Shown piece after piece: positions 29,808-39,737 of a DNA stretch of 64,000 nt (position 1 is the stretch's first letter; each line of letters begins with the position of its first letter). This DNA is from an uncultured Gammaproteobacteria bacterium (GTDB taxonomy: Bacteria > Patescibacteriota > Microgenomatia > Levybacterales > UBA12049). The position numbers and the translations under genes are program-made. Where the stretch lies: contig CAZHKZ010000002.1 in assembly GCA_964533055.1 (NCBI GenBank), positions 8,129-72,128 on the forward strand, given 5' to 3'. The notes below the pieces were generated by a model, which saw only the letters and a list, made by a program, of their open reading frames with translations, ran no database searches and was not told the DNA's origin.

Positions 29808-30965
29808 ATGAGAAAATTTATACATTTTACACAACCATTGTTTGGCAAAGAGGAAAGAAAGGAAGTCTTAGATGCTATGGCAAGCGGTTGGGTAACATTG
29901 GGGCCCAAAACAAAGCAATTTGAAGAAGATTTTGCTAAATATGTTGATGCTAAGTTTGCGATAGGCGTTACATCATGTACTGCAGGCCTTCATTTATCTC
30001 TTGTTGCTGCAGGTATTGGGTCAGGTGATGAAGTAATCACAACTCCATTTACATTTGTTGCCTCAGTTAACGTGATAGAGCATGTTGGGGCAAAGCCAGT
30101 CTTTGTTGATGTAGAAAAGGATTCCTTTCTCATGGATGCTGATCAGATTGAAAAGGTAATTACAAAAAAAACAAAAGCTATCATCCCTGTTCACTATGGT
30201 GGGCAAGCAGTAGATATGAGAAAAATTATGAAGATCGCTAAAAAACATAATTTAGTCGTTATTGAGGATGCTGCACATGCAACTGGTGCAATGTTTAACG
30301 GTCAAAAAATTGGAACCCACGGAGATTTTGTAAATTTTTCCTTCCATCCAGTTAAAAATATGTCAACCGGTGATGGGGGAATGATAACTACAAACAATCA
30401 AAAATACGCTGAGATTCTTAGCCAACTTAGACTGCATGGTATGAGCAAAGATGCCTGGAAGCGTCATTCAGCAAGCGGTTCATGGAAATATGACATTGTC
30501 TCTCCTGGTTATAAGTACAATATGACAGACATACAGTCAGCTCTTGGGATTCAGCAGTTAAAGAAACTGCCGTCTTTCATCAAAACAAGACAAAAATACG
30601 CCAAAATCTATGATGATTTGTTTATCAATACACCTGAAATATCTATCCCAGCTGTTTTACGCAAGGGAGAGCATATTTATAGTCTTTATACGGTTAAAAT
30701 CAATTCTGCAAATCTATCTATTGATAGGGATGAGATTATTGAATTATTAAAAGAAGCTCAAATTGGACCGAGTGTGTACTTTATTCCTGTGCATCACTTT
30801 ACCTACTATAAAGATAAATATAAATTTAATCCAAAGAAATTCCCTGTAACAGAGGAGATTTTTACACAGATTATTTCTTTGCCGTTGTACCCAGGGATGA
30901 AAGAAGCAGATATCAGATATGTTGCTAATCAACTCGTATCAATTATTTCTTCACATAGAAAATGA
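29808..30965 (+). CDS. DegT/DnrJ/EryC1/StrS sugar aminotransferase (ArnB/SpsC-like)
   Basis: 'SGWVTLGPK', 'SCTAGLHL', 'IIPVHYGG', 'IEDAAHA', PLP lysine in 'FSFHPVKNMSTGDGGM', 'LHGMSKDAWKR', 'GYKYNMTDI', 'SLPLYP'. Confidence 0.93.
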   Translation: MRKFIHFTQPLFGKEERKEVLDAMASGWVTLGPKTKQFEEDFAKYVDAKFAIGVTSCTAGLHLSLVAAGIGSGDEVITTPFTFVASVNVIEHVGAKPVFVDVEKDSFLMDADQIEKVITKKTKAIIPVHYGGQAVDMRKIMKIAKKHNLVVIEDAAHATGAMFNGQKIGTHGDFVNFSFHPVKNMSTGDGGMITTNNQKYAEILSQLRLHGMSKDAWKRHSASGSWKYDIVSPGYKYNMTDIQSALGIQQLKKLPSFIKTRQKYAKIYDDLFINTPEISIPAVLRKGEHIYSLYTVKINSANLSIDRDEIIELLKEAQIGPSVYFIPVHHFTYYKDKYKFNPKKFPVTEEIFTQIISLPLYPGMKEADIRYVANQLVSIISSHRK

Positions 30966-31708
30966 AATATTCATGGAGAGTCCTTGAATTTGATTCTAGA
31001 ATATTTGGACTCACTTTCGCCAAAGTCCTCCTTTCAGATTCTGGAGACCATACGGATGAAGATATTGCAATTTTAATCAATGAACTAGTCGAGCAAGGAG
31101 TGTCCTATGCAAGCGTACGAATTCCAATAACTAATTTGGAAGCAGTACATCAATTTGAGAAGAACTCCTTTGTTTTAGTCGACTCACTTGTCGCGTTAAG
31201 CAAAAAAATTGACGATCAAACACCGGATCCTATCGAAAATGAAAATATAAGAAGAGCAAAGATTGAAGATCTTGAGATGCTAAAACAAATTGCAGAGGAT
31301 TCAATGGTGGAGAATAGATTTTACAGAGATCCTTTTTTTAAGAAAATGCTTCGAAAGGTTCGAAAGATATACTCTGGATGGATTGAAAATTCATTCAAAA
31401 AAATAGTAGCTGATGAAATTTTGGTTTATTTAAAAAACAATATTCCAGTTGGGTTCATTGTCCTTGAGAATTCTGGGCATATCCCACTAATAGCAGTTTC
31501 GCAAGAGCATCGGGGGAGTGGTATCGCAAGTACTCTTATTCAGCACGCGGTCGGTCATTTTAAACGTGATAAAATAAGCTTGGTACTGATTGAAGCCATT
31601 CTTGGGAACATCTCTGCGATCAGAGCTTATGAAGCCAATGGCTTTAAGATGACCGGGGGATTCTATACGCTTGCTTGGCATAATGATCACATTACTTCTC
31701 ATAATTAG
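30962..31708 (+). CDS. GNAT acetyltransferase, WecD (dTDP-fucosamine acetyltransferase)-like
   Basis: 'LEFDSRIFG', 'NRFYRDP', 'YSGWIENS', acetyl-CoA motif 'AVSQEHRGSGIAS', 'NISAIRAYEANGF'. Confidence 0.82.
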   Translation: MKYSWRVLEFDSRIFGLTFAKVLLSDSGDHTDEDIAILINELVEQGVSYASVRIPITNLEAVHQFEKNSFVLVDSLVALSKKIDDQTPDPIENENIRRAKIEDLEMLKQIAEDSMVENRFYRDPFFKKMLRKVRKIYSGWIENSFKKIVADEILVYLKNNIPVGFIVLENSGHIPLIAVSQEHRGSGIASTLIQHAVGHFKRDKISLVLIEAILGNISAIRAYEANGFKMTGGFYTLAWHNDHITSHN

Positions 31709-33167
31709 TGTAATAATTCCAATCCTAGCATTCTTTTTTGAGATTTACCCTAGACTCATCAATAAAAAGATAGGTGTGGATATTTGGACACACCTTTTGT
31801 ACCTTAAAGAATATAAAAAACAAAAAGGTATACCAAATAATATTTCAGATGGGTTTATCATTCCTGGAGGCTATGATTATCCACCAATGTTTATAACATT
31901 GTTATCAAAGTTCTCTATTAGAATTGTTGAGAAATATGAATATCTCTTCTCTCCCTTTTTCGACTTGATACATCTTATAGCTATTTTCTTTATTACGTAT
32001 GTGATCACTGGTGATTTAGCAATGTCATTACTGACACAAGCACTCTATACTCTGACACCAATAATAATTCTTGAGAATTCAAGCGCAACACCTAGATCTC
32101 TTGGGTATCTATTATTTACGCTCTTATTTTTTTCAATTTTTAACTACACAAATAGTGGATATGAATTATTTTTGCTCTTAGCTATCTTATTCGGTTCACT
32201 AATTCTTCTTACACACAGATTCACAACACAGGGATTCTTAATTTATTCTATAGTGTTCTCGCTTGTTGAACTAAATCCTGTGTATATTGAAATTTTTCTT
32301 GGCTCGTTTCTTGGCGCAATTATCTTTTCAAAAGGATTTTATTTGAAGGTATTAGCTGGTCATATAGGAAATTTAAAATTTTGGTATAAAAATATCGAAT
32401 TTAGATTTTTCCATCAGATAAAAGGAGATTATAAATCTCATAAAAGTTCAGATTTCGTATTTAAAATCTACAATCAATTCATAAATATCCCCCCAGTTGT
32501 TCTTGCAGTAACAAATCCTTGGATATTATTTGTATTTCTGTCTATGCTTTTCTATTTTCCATCTGACCCTATTTTACAGAGGTTATTATTATGGATTATG
32601 ATCTCCTACGTTCTTGCGTTAGTTACTATTTGGGTTAAAAAACTTCGATTTTTAGGGGAGGGTCAAAGATATCTTGAGCTATCAGCTTTTCCATCTGCCT
32701 TCTTGGCAGCAAGATTTATACTTCAATATAGAGTGGATAATTTAACTCTTTCGATATATGGGCTAGCAACAATTGTGGGGATTTCCTCGCTTGTAACAAT
32801 CATTGTGATTCAGAGAAAAGCGATAATTAAGGACAGATTGCGAACACTCATTCCAGAGTTAGAGAATATGTATTTATATATCAAAAAAATGAAGAAAAGA
32901 CCAAGAATTCTTTGTATTCCTCATCAAATAACAACAAATACGATTTTTCATACTGGTGCTGATGTTTTTGTTAATGCAAATTATAGGGATATTGAAAAGA
33001 TCTCAGAGGCTTATCCGTTTTTTAGAGTGCCAATCAACAGTTTTATGAAGAAACATAAACTCGATCTAATTTTACTTAATGAAGAATATGCAAAAATCTC
33101 AGATTTAAAAATTAGAGGTTACAAAGTATTGAAGAGATTTGGGAATATCGTTCTGTTATCTATTTAG
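31683..33167 (+). CDS. Polytopic membrane protein, putative GT-C (paralog of 33160-34662)
   Basis: Likely start ATG 31683. 'GVDIWTHL', 'GGYDYPPMF', 'ENSSATPRSLGY', 'THRFTTQ', 'GEGQRYLE', 'CIPHQITT'. Confidence 0.65.
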   Translation: MITLLLIISVIIPILAFFFEIYPRLINKKIGVDIWTHLLYLKEYKKQKGIPNNISDGFIIPGGYDYPPMFITLLSKFSIRIVEKYEYLFSPFFDLIHLIAIFFITYVITGDLAMSLLTQALYTLTPIIILENSSATPRSLGYLLFTLLFFSIFNYTNSGYELFLLLAILFGSLILLTHRFTTQGFLIYSIVFSLVELNPVYIEIFLGSFLGAIIFSKGFYLKVLAGHIGNLKFWYKNIEFRFFHQIKGDYKSHKSSDFVFKIYNQFINIPPVVLAVTNPWILFVFLSMLFYFPSDPILQRLLLWIMISYVLALVTIWVKKLRFLGEGQRYLELSAFPSAFLAARFILQYRVDNLTLSIYGLATIVGISSLVTIIVIQRKAIIKDRLRTLIPELENMYLYIKKMKKRPRILCIPHQITTNTIFHTGADVFVNANYRDIEKISEAYPFFRVPINSFMKKHKLDLILLNEEYAKISDLKIRGYKVLKRFGNIVLLSI

Positions 33168-34662
33168 AAAGAGATACAAGCTTTACATCACCAGACTCGT
33201 ATACAACTTTCTTCTGTGATAGGCCCAGTTCTTTGAGCGTTGCAAAGCTTTCTTTTACAAGAGCGTGGGTTAGGTCATATTTCCTTGCTAGTTCATTAAT
33301 AGGCACCGTAAGTATCGGATATACCTCCTGCACTCTCATTAGGCCAGGATTGTCTGCATTTACAAATACTTGTGCTTTCGTGTGATAGATGGTCATTGTT
33401 GTGTTTTGGTGTGGAATACAGACTATTCTAGGCCTGGTATTTTGTTTATTAATAAAAGAAAAGACTTTTTCAAGGTCCGAAGTAATGCTTCTGTTTTTAT
33501 CCTTAATGACCCCCTTTATTTGGATGAATAAAATTACACTTAAATTAAGTAATAAAAGTAGGACAAATAAAACTTTAATCAGCAGTGAGAATGGACTTTT
33601 TAGTAGTTCGAAAAGAAGATATGAAGAAAGTATGGATGATGGAACAGTTGCCATCTCCATATATCTTTGTCCTTCTCCAATTGGCATGAGTTTTTTAGTT
33701 TTCAAAACTACAACACCCAGTACATAGAAAAATATTATCCAGGCTGACATTGCTTGATACAATGGGTTTTGGTGTAGCCAGCCTGCCTGAAACGATAGTA
33801 ATACGCCGAACCCAGACAGTGCCCAGGGATTGAGGCCAAATATAGCTACTGGAGAAAAAACAGACAAGAAAGTATATATTTTATTTACAAAATCAGTTTT
33901 TGTATTTTTTTTGATTACTCCTCTAATTTGATGTGCAAATCTATAATCAAGATTTTTTATCCAAAAATATATATTGAACATGTGTCCCTTCAACACTCTA
34001 ATGTAATATCCTCTTGTTGCTAACATTGCAATTGCAAATCCTAGAAGGAAGCTTTGCATAAAGACCCCGGTATTAAGCAAGAAGGTAAAGAATATTGCAA
34101 TAAATAAAAATGATTGAATAGCAAATCTGTGTGTTAGGAATAGAAGGGAGGTAAAGAGTACACCAAGAATATAAAAGAGAATATTGCCCTGAAAAACAAA
34201 TAATAATAGAGGGACTACTGCAAGTGAAAAATTAAAGTAACCAAGTGATCTTGGTGTAAGGTAGCTATTCTCAATTGCAATCATTGGTGTCAACATATAC
34301 ATTACTTGTGCTGTAAGTGCTAGTAGCTGATTTCCAGTCAGATAATATGCCAAGTAAAAAACGAAGATAACTTGAAGGGAGTCTATAAAGGGGGCAATGA
34401 TGCCCTGAATATGGAGCAATTTAGTTCTAGGTATAAATGATAATATTGTCGGGAATATCGGAGGATAGTCGAAGTATCCTTCAATTAAAAATTGGCCGCC
34501 TAATATTTTTGTAGGAATTCTATGATTATTTTTTCTAATATGGTCAGTTTCTAAAAGTCGAGTCCATACATCCACACCAAAGAGTTTATTAAATAATCTA
34601 GGATATGATTGGAGGATAAAGCTAAGTAAAGGAATGATGAGTGGTAATAATGCTTGTCCCAT
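33160..34662 (-). CDS. Polytopic membrane protein, putative GT-C (paralog of 31683-33167)
   Basis: 'GVDVWTRL', 'GYFDYPPIF', 'ENSYLTPRSLGY', 'THRFAIQ', 'GEGQRYME', 'CIPHQNTT'; 3' ends of the two genes overlap by 8 bp. Confidence 0.65.
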   Translation of the reverse strand: MGQALLPLIIPLLSFILQSYPRLFNKLFGVDVWTRLLETDHIRKNNHRIPTKILGGQFLIEGYFDYPPIFPTILSFIPRTKLLHIQGIIAPFIDSLQVIFVFYLAYYLTGNQLLALTAQVMYMLTPMIAIENSYLTPRSLGYFNFSLAVVPLLLFVFQGNILFYILGVLFTSLLFLTHRFAIQSFLFIAIFFTFLLNTGVFMQSFLLGFAIAMLATRGYYIRVLKGHMFNIYFWIKNLDYRFAHQIRGVIKKNTKTDFVNKIYTFLSVFSPVAIFGLNPWALSGFGVLLSFQAGWLHQNPLYQAMSAWIIFFYVLGVVVLKTKKLMPIGEGQRYMEMATVPSSILSSYLLFELLKSPFSLLIKVLFVLLLLLNLSVILFIQIKGVIKDKNRSITSDLEKVFSFINKQNTRPRIVCIPHQNTTMTIYHTKAQVFVNADNPGLMRVQEVYPILTVPINELARKYDLTHALVKESFATLKELGLSQKKVVYESGDVKLVSLSK

Positions 34663-34675
34663 AGATCTAAACAGA

Positions 34676-34704
34676 ATTATATGGAATAAGGAATTCTAAT
34701 GCAA
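34676..34704 (-). promoter_or_regulatory. sigma70-type promoter TTGCAT-17 bp-TATAAT for the 34662 gene
   Basis: On the minus strand, -35 at 34704-34699 and -10 at 34681-34676, 13 nt before the ATG. Confidence 0.5.
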
Positions 34705-34719
34705 TAACACTTTATTGCA
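34700..34719. repeat. 8-bp inverted repeat TGCAATAA-cact-TTATTGCA
   Basis: Perfect dyad in an intergenic region, overlapping the putative -35. Confidence 0.6.
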
Positions 34720-34795
34720 CTTAGTATTTGGCCATGAAAATCAAAAATTATCAGATTAGTTGCTCAGAGGAATTTTTCTCCACATCGGATGACAG

Positions 34796-35767
34796 TTAGA
34801 GCAGGTCTTTATATGCAGTTGCTTTCCAGTCATATTTCTTTGCAAGCTTAATCATGTTTGCTATACCATCTTCCATGCTGTATTTTGGTTCGAATCCTAG
34901 TAGCTTTTGAGCTCTCGATATATCTAATGCTCCTCTGAAAACTTGTTGGCTAGTTGGCTCTTTTACTTCATATTCAAATTTTGGAAAATATTTTTTTAAT
35001 GCTTCTGCAAAGTCTGAGGATAACCTGGGTTCACCTCTGGAAATATTGAAAGTTTGATACATAGCACTAGGTGATAATATGCACTTTGTAAATCCATCTG
35101 CAACATCACGTACATCTGAAAAATCTAATGTTTCGCCTCTAACAACCCATGCTGATTTTTTCTGAATTGCTGCATCAAACAAAAGTTGAGTAACTCTATT
35201 TGCAGCATCAGTGTATCCATAAACTGAAGTTGGCCTAACGATAACCCATTCTTTTTTTGATAGTTTGACAAAGTATTCACCTGCTGCTTTTGTTGCGCCA
35301 TAAGTGTTGATTGGATTCAGCATAACGTCTTCTGGTTGTGGAGACTGGGTGAAGTGGCCGTATGACATACTGGAAGAGGTATATATAAATCTTCGTGCCG
35401 ACGGAGAATTTTCAAATGCTTCAAGGACTCTAAGCGTGCCATCCATGTTGATCGGAATCATTGATGATTGGTAATTTGGGAGTGGTCTAGCCATTGGTAG
35501 GCCAGCAAGATGGACTACAATCTCTGGTCTAAATTTATCAAAAGCTGTTTTGAGACTAGTGCTATCCTCAATATTCTCATCGATAATTAGATGTGGAATG
35601 TTTCTGTGAAGAAGCTCTCTGTGTTCTAAGGCAGCTTTATAATAGAGGGGTTTATCAATAAAACTTAAGAATGCATCGTAGACACATATTTTATGACCTA
35701 ACGACATTAGCTGTTCAGCTAGGTAGCTCCCAATGAATCCAGATCCTCCTGTAATTAGTATTTTCAT
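34796..35767 (-). CDS. NAD-dependent epimerase/dehydratase (extended SDR)
   Basis: 'ILITGGSGFIG', 'VHLAG', 'YTSSSMSYG', 'YGATKAAGE', 'VRPTSVYG', 'LDFSDVRDVA'. Confidence 0.9.
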   Translation of the reverse strand: MKILITGGSGFIGSYLAEQLMSLGHKICVYDAFLSFIDKPLYYKAALEHRELLHRNIPHLIIDENIEDSTSLKTAFDKFRPEIVVHLAGLPMARPLPNYQSSMIPINMDGTLRVLEAFENSPSARRFIYTSSSMSYGHFTQSPQPEDVMLNPINTYGATKAAGEYFVKLSKKEWVIVRPTSVYGYTDAANRVTQLLFDAAIQKKSAWVVRGETLDFSDVRDVADGFTKCILSPSAMYQTFNISRGEPRLSSDFAEALKKYFPKFEYEVKEPTSQQVFRGALDISRAQKLLGFEPKYSMEDGIANMIKLAKKYDWKATAYKDLL

Positions 35768-35845
35768 CTATTGCAATTTCTATTAAATCTAGTACATTGT
35801 AATAAGAAAACGTTGAGGAATCAATAAGAAGAATTACTTTTCATT

Positions 35846-36547
35846 ATGAAACAGAACAGAATGAAGTACGTCTCAGAAAGAGATGAAAAAAGTCAGATAG
35901 TCCCAGGTCATAAGTATTTATATGACTGGGTAATGAGTAATGTTAAAAAAGGGGAAACGCTAGATATCGGTTGTTGGAATGGGCATCTTGAGTTACTTTT
36001 TAAAGATTCTCAACACCATATTACAGGTATTGATTTAGAGGAAGAACCTTTAAGATTTGCAAGAAAGAAATTTAAAAAATATTCATTTATTCAGGCTGAT
36101 ATTTCAAAACCGCTATCTTTTAAAAGCAAGTCTTTTAATACAGTTTTGTATTTTATGGTTTTGGAGCACATTCCAAAAGGAACTGAATTACAGTCACTAA
36201 AAAATATCAATAAAGTCCTAAAGAAAAACGGCTTATTATTTATGAATACAATGAATGATACCTTTCTCTCAAACCTCCTTGACCCTGCATATATTTTCGG
36301 TCACAGACATTATTCAGAAAAGCGACTTAGATCATTCTTAAAAAAAGCTGGTTTCGAAATTAAAGAGATTCATTATAACGCTGGCTTTTATACGACACTA
36401 CACATATTCCTTTTATATTTTTTTAAACATATTTTAAGACGATCAGAGCCAAGAAATGCATTTCTCGATCGGCTAATGATGAGAGATTATAGAAACAAAG
36501 GCTTTGCTGAGATAGATATTCTTGCAAAAAAAGTCAAAGATTTATGA
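35846..36547 (+). CDS. Class I SAM-dependent methyltransferase
   Basis: 'LDIGCWNG', 'TGIDL', 'MVLEHI', 'VLKKNGLL'. Confidence 0.88.
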   Translation: MKQNRMKYVSERDEKSQIVPGHKYLYDWVMSNVKKGETLDIGCWNGHLELLFKDSQHHITGIDLEEEPLRFARKKFKKYSFIQADISKPLSFKSKSFNTVLYFMVLEHIPKGTELQSLKNINKVLKKNGLLFMNTMNDTFLSNLLDPAYIFGHRHYSEKRLRSFLKKAGFEIKEIHYNAGFYTTLHIFLLYFFKHILRRSEPRNAFLDRLMMRDYRNKGFAEIDILAKKVKDL

Positions 36548-37572
36548 AAAAAGTTTCTATATTGATTGTTAATTGGAATGGTTTAAAGCATCTTGAAAAA
36601 TGTCTCCCTACTCTAAGCAAAATTACATATAAGAATCATGAAGTTATTATGGTAGATAATGGTTCAGTGGACAATTCGATTGAATATGTCTCCAAGAATT
36701 ATCCTAAGGTTAAAATTGTTAGAAATAAGATCAATAAAGGATTTTCTGGTGGCAACAATAGTGGGTTGCCATATTGCACAGGTGATTACATTCTATTATT
36801 AAATAACGATACGATTGTCAAAGAAGATTTTGTCACAGAACTTGTGAGGGGAATTGAGGAGGACCCATCGATAGGAGTTGTTCAGGGTAAGTTATTGTCC
36901 ATGGATCATCCGGGTAGACTTGATTCAGTTGGTGCTTTCTTTACAAACACAGGATTCCTGTATCACTATGGCTATTTTCAAAAAGATCAAAGGAAGTTCA
37001 ATTATCCGATATATTTATATACTGCAAAAGGAGCCTGTTTAATGGCAAAGAAGGAAGTTATTAGTAAAGTAGGGTTGTTTGATGATGATTTCTTTGCATA
37101 CTTTGAGGAAACAGATTTTTGTCATAGAGTTTGGTTAGCCGGATACACAATTAAGTATGTTCCTGAGTCACAAATATACCATTTGATTGGTGGAACCTCA
37201 AACACAATGAAAAATGCTTTTATTCAGTTTCATTCTTTTAAAAATCGGATTAATTCTTATATTAAAAATCTTAGCATTCAAAATTTAATATTAGTTTTGC
37301 CTTTGCACTTACTACTTTGCGAGTTTGCAGCAGTAGGATTTTTGGTATATAAAAAACCAGGACATTTTATTGCAGTTAACAAAGCAATTCTTTGGAATAT
37401 CACAAATATTAACAAAACATTAAAAAAACGTACAAAAGTTCAAAAATTAAGAGTGTTTACTGATGCAGAGCTGGCACCCTTAATCTCAAAAACTGTCGGG
37501 TTATCTTATTATTACTACCTTTTTGCCAAAAGCCTTGTTGGCTATACTGACCCAAGAGTAATAAAGAGATAA
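36544..37572 (+). CDS. GT2 glycosyltransferase (WbbL-like)
   Basis: 'VSILIVNWNG', 'VDNGSVD', 'NKGFSGGNN', 'LLNNDT', 'FFAYFEETDFCHR'. Confidence 0.9.
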   Translation: MKKVSILIVNWNGLKHLEKCLPTLSKITYKNHEVIMVDNGSVDNSIEYVSKNYPKVKIVRNKINKGFSGGNNSGLPYCTGDYILLLNNDTIVKEDFVTELVRGIEEDPSIGVVQGKLLSMDHPGRLDSVGAFFTNTGFLYHYGYFQKDQRKFNYPIYLYTAKGACLMAKKEVISKVGLFDDDFFAYFEETDFCHRVWLAGYTIKYVPESQIYHLIGGTSNTMKNAFIQFHSFKNRINSYIKNLSIQNLILVLPLHLLLCEFAAVGFLVYKKPGHFIAVNKAILWNITNINKTLKKRTKVQKLRVFTDAELAPLISKTVGLSYYYYLFAKSLVGYTDPRVIKR

Positions 37573-37594
37573 TGTATTAATCTATCTCAACAAA

Positions 37595-39703
37595 ATGCGT
37601 AAAGCAATAACTCTTGTTTTTTTTGTTCTCCTCTCGATTCTATTTTATAGAAATATCTTCAATGGATATTTTCAATCTGATGAATGGTTTTACTTCTCAC
37701 AATTCTTGCCTATACTCAATGGATTAGGTGGCTTATACGTTGCTTTAATCAAAAGTATTACAGAAACCGGAGTAATATCGGGAGGTGGCCATATGACCCC
37801 AATATATACTTTAATTTGGTATCTGCATAATTTGTTTTTTAAATTAAATTACTTTCCATACATCTTCATCAGTGTTCTGGTTCATGGAGTGAATGGTGCA
37901 CTTCTTTTCTCGTGGGTGTATTCACTAACTAAACGCATCTCTATCTCTATGGTGGCAGGAATATTTTTTGTAACTAGCTTTGCTCATTTTCAAGCTGTTA
38001 CGTGGGTAATGGCATACATTCCTACGGTTTATTCAGTGTTCTTTTTATTAATTTCCCTACTGTTGCTCACTCAATCCCTTTCAGGGCAGTTGATAGGGAA
38101 AAGAAAATTAATAGCGTCATTGATCTTTCTTATTTTAGCCATCTTAACCAAGGAGACAGCAGTTGTCGGACTTGTCATCTATATAATGCTTATCTTAATC
38201 CTAAAAAAATCCTCATTTATTCCGCTTCTATTTAAATGGCTTGTTCCAATTAGTATTGCATATATTTTGTTTCGCTTCGTACTTTCAGCGGTTGTTGAAA
38301 GATCATCAGTTGCTTTACTAGATAAGCTGCCACCCTTAGATCTTAATATCTTTAGAGCAATTGTTTATCCTATTAGAATAATGGCGTTATCATTTGTGCC
38401 TGTGCCACAAATATTAAAATTATCTGACAACTTTAGTAAATTTGCATACCCATCATTTGATATTAATAGTGGTGCGCAGCAGCGAGTCATTCAGGGGCCA
38501 GTAAGTGACATCTTCCTACTATTATTTGGAGTATTAATCATCTTTACTGCGATAAAGATAGGAAGAGGGCGAAATTTGCATAGAAAAGAAATGTGGATTG
38601 TCTACATGAGCCTTGTGATTGTTCTAACCTGTGCATTGCCACTACTATTGATCTCAACGTATGCACCATGGTGGGGATTTTCAATTTTTATAGATCCGAG
38701 GCATATCTATATTGGGTCTATTGGTGCTGGAATACTGTTTGCATTCCTTTTTTCAACTATTAGCTCCTCACTTTCAAAGTATATTTCTAAAGGGGTAATA
38801 CATGGGCTTCTTTTTGTAATTTTACTAACATGGATGTGGGCAAATTACAACCTATTGCAAGCTCAAATTGCAGAGGATGTTAAGGTTGGAAGAATGAGGC
38901 AGACCGTTATAGCAAGTCTTTTAAATAGTGTCAAAGTATTGCCAGAAAATGCGATCTTTCTTGTTGAAAGCCAAAATTCTTATTATGGCTTTAGTCATAT
39001 TCCACCTTTCCAAACTAACTTAGGGCAAATAATAGCAGTACAGTATTTTAACAAAGGACAAATTGAAAAAGCTTTTGTAACAGACCTCTATTTCTCTAAA
39101 GGAATAGAAGTTCAAGGTGTTATTTCTCACGAGGGCCATAGTTTTGGATATTATTTTAATCAGAATGCATTATTGCGTGATATTCTTAATAAAAAGATTT
39201 TACCTCAAAATATTGTTGCATTTACATGGGATGAGAATACAAACACATTAAAAAACAATTCGATAGAAAAGAGAAAACTATATGCAGAATTCTCTTCAAC
39301 TGCAAAACTATTGCAGGACTGGACTAAAAAATCAGATAAGCTATTCTCATTTTCGTATCCAAAGGAGGCAGAGTTGAGCGAATTCCCTGGGCAATTGTAT
39401 AGTTATGAAATATCTAGTGTGATGGGTGGGGTTAAGATTGAAATTCTTCAGAAGAAAAAAGAAGATCCATTCCATGAATATATTGCAACTCAAATTGACA
39501 GTCGTGGGAATTTAATTCAGGATGACTTTTTGATAGATAACGCAATCAGATATGACGGTACACTTGTCACATATTTAAAATTAAAAAATTATGAAGAGTA
39601 TTTCGTTCCATTCTCATCTGGTGAGTACTATTTAAAGGTAACTTCAGACAATCCAGACAATAATGTGTTGGTAAAAGGTATTCTTAGCACTATATTTTTT
39701 TAA
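37595..39703 (+). CDS. GT-C-like polytopic protein (TMTC/PMT-like first loop) with a large soluble C-terminal domain
   Basis: 'GYFQSDEWF', 'LVHGVNG', 'HFQAVTWV', 'LTKETAV', 'PRHIYI'. Confidence 0.68.
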   Translation: MRKAITLVFFVLLSILFYRNIFNGYFQSDEWFYFSQFLPILNGLGGLYVALIKSITETGVISGGGHMTPIYTLIWYLHNLFFKLNYFPYIFISVLVHGVNGALLFSWVYSLTKRISISMVAGIFFVTSFAHFQAVTWVMAYIPTVYSVFFLLISLLLLTQSLSGQLIGKRKLIASLIFLILAILTKETAVVGLVIYIMLILILKKSSFIPLLFKWLVPISIAYILFRFVLSAVVERSSVALLDKLPPLDLNIFRAIVYPIRIMALSFVPVPQILKLSDNFSKFAYPSFDINSGAQQRVIQGPVSDIFLLLFGVLIIFTAIKIGRGRNLHRKEMWIVYMSLVIVLTCALPLLLISTYAPWWGFSIFIDPRHIYIGSIGAGILFAFLFSTISSSLSKYISKGVIHGLLFVILLTWMWANYNLLQAQIAEDVKVGRMRQTVIASLLNSVKVLPENAIFLVESQNSYYGFSHIPPFQTNLGQIIAVQYFNKGQIEKAFVTDLYFSKGIEVQGVISHEGHSFGYYFNQNALLRDILNKKILPQNIVAFTWDENTNTLKNNSIEKRKLYAEFSSTAKLLQDWTKKSDKLFSFSYPKEAELSEFPGQLYSYEISSVMGGVKIEILQKKKEDPFHEYIATQIDSRGNLIQDDFLIDNAIRYDGTLVTYLKLKNYEEYFVPFSSGEYYLKVTSDNPDNNVLVKGILSTIFF

Positions 39704-39737
39704 ATGTATATGATAATAACTATTGAGTAATAATTTT

